Below, piece by piece: positions 26,803-32,000 of a stretch of 32,000 bases of DNA. Source of the DNA: Nitrosospira multiformis ATCC 25196 (lineage in GTDB: Bacteria; Pseudomonadota; Gammaproteobacteria; Burkholderiales; Nitrosomonadaceae); assembly GCF_000196355.1 (NCBI RefSeq), contig NC_007614.1, forward strand, positions 1,620,001 to 1,652,000, written 5' to 3'. The notes beneath the pieces are model-generated. The model was given only the letters and a program-made list of their open reading frames with translations, searched no databases and was not told the origin of the DNA. Both the position numbers and the translations under genes were made by a program. How positions within the stretch are numbered: position 1 is the first letter of the stretch; each line of letters begins with the position of its first letter.

Positions 26803-26865
26803 TTGGTATTATTGTAACGATAATGTTCAGACGAGAGTATGCAGATTGTAATTCCAACCTATAGA

Positions 26866-26872
26866 CTTTATC
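26866..26872. repeat. target-site duplication of the right IS481 copy, inner copy (CTTTATC)
   Basis: CTTTATC lies immediately before TGTAGTAG at 26873, and ATTTATC immediately after ...CTACTACA at 28095 (6 of 7 identical). Confidence 0.7.
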
Positions 26873-28095
26873 TGTAGTAGTTCAGATTTAATCTGACAGT
26901 AGGGCCTTGCGAAAAGCGGGGTTACCCGGTTTGATAGAGGTGCGAATCTTTATCAAATTGAGCGCTGAAAGCGCAAAGGAGTAACCCCATGAGTAGTGTT
27001 CAACAAAATGTTATTAAGCACAAGGTAGGGCTGCTTAATCTGGCAGCCGAGCTTGGCAATGTATCGCGTGCCTGCAAGGTGATGGGCTTTTCCCGGGATA
27101 CCTTCTATCGGTATCAGTCAGCGATGGAAAATGGTGGTATCGATGCCCTGATTGATGCCAATCGAAGGAAGCCCAATCCCAAGAATAGAGTTGAAGAAGC
27201 AGTCGAGATGGCGGTAGCTGCATTTGCCCTTGAGCAGCCTGCATTCGGGCAAGTGCGCGTTTCCAACGAGTTACGCAAACGCGGCATCTTCATTTCTCCT
27301 TCAGGCGTTCGCTCTGTCTGGCTGCGCAGGGACCTGGAATCATTCAAGAAGCGGTTGGCGGCACTGGAATGTCATATCGCGCAGACTGGAGAAGTGCTGA
27401 CCGAAGCGCAGGTTAGTGCCCTGGAGAAGAAGCAGGACGACGATGTCGCCCATGGGGAGGTGGAAACCGCCCATTCAGGCTACCTTGGCAGTCAGGATAC
27501 CTTCTATGTGGGCACGATCAAGGGCGTGGGTCGTATTTATCAGCAGACCTTCGTCGACACCTACTCCAAGTGGGCCACAGCCAAGCTCTATACGACCAAA
27601 ACGCCGATTACAGGCGCGGATTTGCTCAACGATCGGGTACTACCCTTCTTTGCAGAACAGGACATGGGCCTGATCCGAATTCTGACCGACCGAGGCACTG
27701 AATATTGCGGCAAGCCAGAGACTCACGATTATCAGCTCTATCTGGCGCTCAATGATATTGAACATACTCGCACCAAAGCCAATCATCCGCAGACCAACGG
27801 CATCTGTGAGCGCTTTCACAAGACGATCCTGCAAGAGTTCTACCAGGTCGCGTTCCGGCGCAAGATATACCGATCAATCGAGGAGTTGCAAATTGACCTG
27901 GATGACTGGCTGCACTACTACAATCACGACCGCACTCATCAGGGCAAGATGTGCTGCGGGCGAACACCCATGCAAACATTAATTGACGGAAAGGAGGTGT
28001 GGAACGATAAAATCACATTACTGAACAGTTGAATCTGATCTGACAACTGCACCAGTCAAATCGGGAAACTGTCTGATGGGATCGCGACTACTACA
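26873..28095 (+). mobile_element. IS481-family insertion sequence, copy 2 (1223 bp), inverted relative to copy 1
   Basis: Both termini and both untranslated ends are base-for-base identical to the reverse complement of 20256..21478 where checked by eye. All six-frame ORFs of 60 aa or more are identical between the copies. Confidence 0.9.
26989..28032 (+). CDS. IS481-family DDE transposase (347 aa)
   Basis: 100% identical in amino-acid sequence to 20319..21362. Confidence 0.92.
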   Translation: MSSVQQNVIKHKVGLLNLAAELGNVSRACKVMGFSRDTFYRYQSAMENGGIDALIDANRRKPNPKNRVEEAVEMAVAAFALEQPAFGQVRVSNELRKRGIFISPSGVRSVWLRRDLESFKKRLAALECHIAQTGEVLTEAQVSALEKKQDDDVAHGEVETAHSGYLGSQDTFYVGTIKGVGRIYQQTFVDTYSKWATAKLYTTKTPITGADLLNDRVLPFFAEQDMGLIRILTDRGTEYCGKPETHDYQLYLALNDIEHTRTKANHPQTNGICERFHKTILQEFYQVAFRRKIYRSIEELQIDLDDWLHYYNHDRTHQGKMCCGRTPMQTLIDGKEVWNDKITLLNS

Positions 28096-28102
28096 ATTTA
28101 TC
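28096..28102. repeat. target-site duplication of the right IS481 copy, outer copy (ATTTATC)
   Basis: See 26866..26872. Confidence 0.7.
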
Positions 28103-28109
28103 GGAATCG

Positions 28110-28841
28110 TTATTGAGTTACTGGAGGAAGTATTGACGAAGGAAAAAACCTTCTTGCAAATTCCCTCAGATCGATTTCTGTCTCGCCGCCGTCCATGAAT
28201 CGGAATCTCCACACATTCTGTTGCTCGTCTGAATCCAGTTGCAAAGGATCATCTGCCAGCGCCAATCCGCCTTTTTCAAGGATTTCTCTGGCTTTCCTCG
28301 CGTTCCCTGCTAGCAGGGAGTTCAGAGCATCGGGAATTCCCCTTTTCTTCGCTGCATAGGCTTTGTTCATCCAAGGGGCCATTTCTTCCAGAAGGCCATA
28401 TTTCTTGTAAATGTTCGCCATGCGCGTCAGTTCATTCGCATCATCAAGCAGGTTGCCAGCCAACATGCGCTTGGCGATCATTTCATCCGAGGAAATTTGT
28501 GTTGCGGGTTTGCTCAGGCTGGAAAGGCCTCCAGTATCGGCTTCTGCGACAGCAGGTGTTTTCATCAACCCGGTGCTCAGGCCGGGCGTCGGGTAACCGG
28601 GGATAGATGGCTTCTGCTTATCCTGCTGCCATGGAATCGCTATCTCATCGTTGGCGGCACGGAGCCGCTCGCGTTTTTCCCTGTTGAAGTCTGCCTTGTC
28701 GATCCTCGCCCGATGCAACTCCGCCTCGCGCTCATCCGCCTTTTTCAACCGGTTGGCATCCCGCTGCCGGAGCTTCATATCCTGCCCCGTGCGTATACCC
28801 TGTGCAAGGCCGCCAGCAAACGCGCCCAGACTTTCAAGCAT
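28110..28841 (-). CDS. hypothetical phage-like protein (243 aa), last gene of the overlapping operon
   Basis: The start overlaps the upstream gene's end by 8 nt. Charged coiled-coil N-terminal part (KLRQRDANRLKKADEREAELHRARIDKADFNREKRERL). No family recognised. Confidence 0.6.
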   Translation of the reverse strand: MLESLGAFAGGLAQGIRTGQDMKLRQRDANRLKKADEREAELHRARIDKADFNREKRERLRAANDEIAIPWQQDKQKPSIPGYPTPGLSTGLMKTPAVAEADTGGLSSLSKPATQISSDEMIAKRMLAGNLLDDANELTRMANIYKKYGLLEEMAPWMNKAYAAKKRGIPDALNSLLAGNARKAREILEKGGLALADDPLQLDSDEQQNVWRFRFMDGGETEIDLREFARRFFPSSILPPVTQ

Positions 28842-29958
28842 GGTCCCCCTCCCTGTTGTGTTTATTCACTGTCGCCTTGCGCTTCATCAACCCTGAGGCG
28901 ACATTGAGCCGGTGAATGAAATCCTCCCCTACAAGTTCCACCGCTTTTCTGTTGAGTACCGCTTCGCCATTGGATAACCGGATAGGCTGCACGCCTTCAA
29001 TTGAAGCCGGGATGGAATCGCTGGTGCCGGTACCGGGACCTCGTACTATGCCACTGTTCCCATAGCCATCGCGCTTCAATGTGGATAAACCATAGGCATT
29101 GTAGTTCCTGATGACCCCGCCCGTCCGCAGGCCTGGGGTTCTCATCAGGTAAGCTCCGCCCAGGGTGCCGACCAGATTGCCTAACCCGCTGAGTCCTCCC
29201 GCTTTATTCTGCTGCTGTTGCTGCCATGCATTCAGTTGGCCCTGATATTGGTTCAGCATCAGGTTGCCGGAGGAGCTATTCGCACCAAGGGCGCCGTCAT
29301 ACCAGTGTTGCGCCGCATTCATGCCGGCGGTATGCAGCCCTGCTTTCGTTGCCAGGTTGTCAGTGGCGGCGTTACCTGCATTGAGCGCTGCCGCATCGGC
29401 AGCTATTCCCATGGTGGGCATATTACGCCCAAATTGGGCCACGCCCTGCCGCATGGCCATGCCCTGCAATTCTGTCTCGCGTCGGGCCTTATTCATTGCT
29501 CCCGCCGTGTCTTTGGCAAGCCCAAGGCTGATCTCGTGGGTCAGGCCTTGAAACTTGCCTGAATTAGGATTTACTCCCATGCGTCCCATCGTCCGTTGGC
29601 TCGAATCCAGGGCGCTCTCATAACTTTTTGCGATATCCGCTCCTGCCTCGGCCGCCATCTGCTCTTTACGCTCAAGCGAATCGAACTCGTTGGCTTCCCT
29701 CACCATGCGCTCTTCTATCGGCGCAAACAGGTTGCGGTATGCCTGCCATTGCGATTCGGCCCTCGCCGCATTGGCTTCGCCTGAGGCAATCTGCTGATCT
29801 ACAATCTTCTGGATCAGGGGGTCTTGTACCCTGGCTCTGTCCTTCTCCCATTCGAGCTGTTGCTTTGCCACATCCAGTTGCTGCTGGGCGATATCGGCCT
29901 GTTGTTTTGCCGCCTGCCCGATGAGCGGATCCGGTCTTGGTGGCTTCGAACTACACAT
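28834..29958 (-). CDS. phage virion-associated-like protein (coiled-coil N-terminus, Gly/Gln/Asn-rich middle, conserved C-terminal GPGTGTSDSIPA...LSNGEAVL motif)
   Basis: ATG at 29958 with GGAG 7 nt upstream; the track's TTG at 29964 is an alternative. It overlaps the GNAT stop by 8 nt. The composition and C-terminal motif resemble phage internal/tail-associated proteins from my recollection, not verified. Confidence 0.6.
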   Translation of the reverse strand: MCSSKPPRPDPLIGQAAKQQADIAQQQLDVAKQQLEWEKDRARVQDPLIQKIVDQQIASGEANAARAESQWQAYRNLFAPIEERMVREANEFDSLERKEQMAAEAGADIAKSYESALDSSQRTMGRMGVNPNSGKFQGLTHEISLGLAKDTAGAMNKARRETELQGMAMRQGVAQFGRNMPTMGIAADAAALNAGNAATDNLATKAGLHTAGMNAAQHWYDGALGANSSSGNLMLNQYQGQLNAWQQQQQNKAGGLSGLGNLVGTLGGAYLMRTPGLRTGGVIRNYNAYGLSTLKRDGYGNSGIVRGPGTGTSDSIPASIEGVQPIRLSNGEAVLNRKAVELVGEDFIHRLNVASGLMKRKATVNKHNREGDHA

Positions 29959-30565
29959 TTTCAATCTCCAGTATTTTGGTCAATCCATTTTCTACGTGCC
30001 TGTAGCCGAGCAATCTGAAAAACCGTGCGGCCTTATTAACTGTCTTTACGGTAATGTTGATTTCCCGGACGCCTAGCAATTTCATGGCATTCTCGACATA
30101 CCTTACAAAACGCTTGGCAGTAGTGCCGCGTCGCGCCTCGGGCAAAAGATACAGCGTGTCTTCCGTGGCAATAAGTGTCTGCGTGTGAGCGCTCTTATCC
30201 AGATACATGGCGCAATTGCCCAGCAACTTTCCTTCGCTTCTTACGGTAAAAAGAAGGTAGCGGCCCGCCTGCTCATACCGGATAAAAGTCTCGTAATCCG
30301 GCTGGAACGGTAGCCGATGTCTGTGTCCTTCGGTTTCATTCCAGTGGGTGCGATGCAAATGCTTTATTTCTTCTGTAATGTCCTCAATACGCTCTACAGC
30401 GAATACTATGCGGCCGTTATATCGAGGCTTGATTTGGGCAATATCTCTCGATTGCGCAAGCGTTTCCATGCGGTAGGCGGCAACGCAGATATCCGCGGCC
30501 AGCTCAGATGTCAAGGTCAAGCCCATATTTCCCTTGAGCAGCGAAATCAGTTCAATATTCATCAT
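29951..30565 (-). CDS. GNAT-family N-acetyltransferase (204 aa)
   Basis: ATG at 30565 forms an ATGA overlap with the upstream stop. GNAT core: LYLLPEARRGTTAKRFVRYVENAMKLLGVREINITVKTVNKAARFFRLLGYRHV (acetyl-CoA-binding motif A region and following helix/strand). Confidence 0.75.
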   Translation of the reverse strand: MMNIELISLLKGNMGLTLTSELAADICVAAYRMETLAQSRDIAQIKPRYNGRIVFAVERIEDITEEIKHLHRTHWNETEGHRHRLPFQPDYETFIRYEQAGRYLLFTVRSEGKLLGNCAMYLDKSAHTQTLIATEDTLYLLPEARRGTTAKRFVRYVENAMKLLGVREINITVKTVNKAARFFRLLGYRHVENGLTKILEIENV

Positions 30566-31998
30566 CCATCCATACGTGAAATAAGCTGTTCGAGAGAATC
30601 GCGAACAGAATTTATGTACGCATACAATGCCTCGCATTCAGCCTGGGTGGGGGGAGCGGAGAATGTAAGCGCACGAAAGGCGGGAAGCGCTATTCGGTTT
30701 CCGCGTCGTCCGGTCAGTATCTCAAGCATGGTTTTGAGCCATGGAGGTGTTCCGACCGGAATGCCAGGCTTCTTGATATAGGTTGCTTCAGCAGGTTGGC
30801 TGAAAAGCGCGGATTCAATCACAACCCCGTCACTTATCGCTTCTGCGCTTGCTTTATTGATTTGGATGCAAAAAGTGGCGGAAAGAATGTGTATCTGGGT
30901 AATTACGCCCGTTCCGCCAGCATTGGCTTGCATGGAGGGCGTCCCGACAAGCGTGCCACTGCCGATGGATATGGGGAGGGCATCGCCTGCGTTAGATTGC
31001 GCCAAGCCTGCTTCAATCAGGATATGAGTTTGCGTGATTGCGCCGCCTGGCAATATCTTCCCCTGGGCCAATGCGCCCATGCTGAGCATGTGCGCCTGAC
31101 TTACTTTCCCCGTGCTCAAGGTTCTGGCCGGCGCAACCAGGGCGCCCGCCAGGGCAATACCTCTGGTAACGCCGGCAGCGCTACCCAGGTTGGATTGAGC
31201 GAGGGAAGCGCCCGCAAGAATTTGATCCTGCTCGATCTTGCCCGTACTGGCGCCACCTGCCTGTGTTAATCCCGCAACAGCGAGCGTGTGATGTTGAGCA
31301 ATTTCTCCGGTGCTGCCCCTATTTGCCTGTATTGCAGCTACACCGCTTAATCCGGGTCCTGTATCAGCAGGCCACAGCTTTCTTGCAGATGCCTTGAATA
31401 GCTGCCATGGATTTTCATGAAAAGCCCGTGACTCAGCCGCTCCCCAGACTGAATCGGCAAAGCCGGCTATCAGTATCGTGCCGTCAAATTCCCATAGATT
31501 CCCACCGACGTACCGTCCAAGGTTGAAATTCTTGTTCCCCGCTCCCCAGGCTACCGGGGAACTTGTCCAGGTCAACCCGGCCTCTTTCCCATCGAGAAAA
31601 ACTTTGCACGTCGCTGCCGTACCCCCCGATACGAAAACGATACTCCGGCTTTTTGTGTTGAACCATGAAGAAAGGGTGCCGGAACTGGCGCCATTGGAAC
31701 CGATAGCTACTCTTAAGTCTGGATAAACCTGGTATGCGAAAGCATTGGGAGAAGAAGCCCCGAAGGGGCAGTGACCATAAGTATCGGGCCCACCCACAGT
31801 GGGGCACCACATAAAGAAGGTGCCGACATTGCCGGTCAGTTCCGGATAGCCGGTATAGGCGTAATAGTCATCGGCCCCATCAAACGAAAACACCTTGCCA
31901 TTTTGTGCTGGAACAATTGACGCATTGCCGCCCGCTGCCCAGCTTCGCCCGGTAACCAGATCGACCGGCCCCGCGGCAGGATTCCATAATATCCGCAT
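30562..31998 (-). CDS. LamG/ConA-like lectin-domain protein with repeat-rich C-terminal half (putative phage host-recognition / fibre protein)
   Basis: N-terminal ~200 aa match the Laminin_G_3 pattern (VFSFDGADDYYAYTGYPEL...GTFFMWCPT...VFLDGKE...NFNLGRY...FDGTILIAGFADSVW). Eight 22-aa repeats follow. The ATG at 31998 is 2 nt from the window edge, so the true start may lie outside the window. Confidence 0.7.
   Translation of the reverse strand: MRILWNPAAGPVDLVTGRSWAAGGNASIVPAQNGKVFSFDGADDYYAYTGYPELTGNVGTFFMWCPTVGGPDTYGHCPFGASSPNAFAYQVYPDLRVAIGSNGASSGTLSSWFNTKSRSIVFVSGGTAATCKVFLDGKEAGLTWTSSPVAWGAGNKNFNLGRYVGGNLWEFDGTILIAGFADSVWGAAESRAFHENPWQLFKASARKLWPADTGPGLSGVAAIQANRGSTGEIAQHHTLAVAGLTQAGGASTGKIEQDQILAGASLAQSNLGSAAGVTRGIALAGALVAPARTLSTGKVSQAHMLSMGALAQGKILPGGAITQTHILIEAGLAQSNAGDALPISIGSGTLVGTPSMQANAGGTGVITQIHILSATFCIQINKASAEAISDGVVIESALFSQPAEATYIKKPGIPVGTPPWLKTMLEILTGRRGNRIALPAFRALTFSAPPTQAECEALYAYINSVRDSLEQLISRMDG
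30820..31350 (-). repeat. eight tandem ~22-aa (66-nt) degenerate repeats within CDS 30562..31998
   Basis: Residues 217-393 parse as LSGVAAIQANRGSTGEIAQHHT / LAVAGLTQAGGASTGKIEQDQI / LAGASLAQSNLGSAAGVTRGIA / LAGALVAPARTLSTGKVSQAHM / LSMGALAQGKILPGGAITQTHI / LIEAGLAQSNAGDALPISIGSGT / LVGTPSMQANAGGTGVITQIHI / LSATFCIQINKASAEAISDGVV. Confidence 0.8.
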
Positions 31999-32000
31999 TC

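Noticed and set aside
20256-28095. Composite transposon formed by the two IS481 copies mobilising the glycan cassette as a unit
   Set aside because: Each copy is flanked by its own direct repeat (GCTAATA/GCTAATA and CTTTATC/ATTTATC). The outermost flanks (GCTAATA vs ATTTATC) do not match each other. Two independent insertions into pre-existing DNA explain this better, although future mobilisation as a unit is not excluded.
30562-31998. Diversity-generating retroelement target (lectin-fold phage protein with repeats)
   Set aside because: No reverse transcriptase, template repeat or near-identical VR/TR pair is present in the window. The repeats differ at all nucleotide types rather than at adenine-specific positions. 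A DGR further right cannot be excluded because the window ends.

Overview
The window reads as a Gram-negative (proteobacterial) chromosome segment in two parts; the taxon is inferred from gene content only.

**Part 1 (1 to about 20.2 kb): ordinary core and envelope genes.**
- a DinG/YoaA-type Fe-S helicase and several lipoproteins
- a small Cys/His-rich protein of metal-binding type
- a PEP-CTERM/DVUA0089-type secreted protein
- a long-chain acyl-CoA ligase
- a four-gene YbhGFSR-like HlyD + ABC-2 exporter operon led by an unknown 149-aa ORF
- a phytase-like esterase, a DUF1264/OBAP protein and a TonB-dependent receptor

**Part 2 (about 20.2 to 32 kb): accessory, mosaic DNA.**
- Two identical 1223-bp IS481-family elements lie in inverted orientation, each with its own 7-bp target duplication.
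- They bracket a visibly AT-richer surface-glycan cassette: a Wzy_C/O-antigen-ligase-like protein, a GT2, and a 524-aa polytopic GT-C-like protein. An IS3-family element interrupts the cassette.
- Directly to the right is a tightly overlapping minus-strand phage-like virion/host-recognition operon that runs off the window edge. It encodes a LamG-domain protein with eight 22-aa repeats, a GNAT acetyltransferase, and two coiled-coil/Gly-Gln-rich proteins.

I recognised no rRNA, tRNA or CRISPR array.

**Most interesting hypothesis.** The glycan cassette, or at least its GT-C gene, was originally the distal, lysogenic-conversion-like end of the phage-like operon, and IS481 insertions have since cut it off. 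The functions of the operon proteins cannot be assigned from sequence alone.
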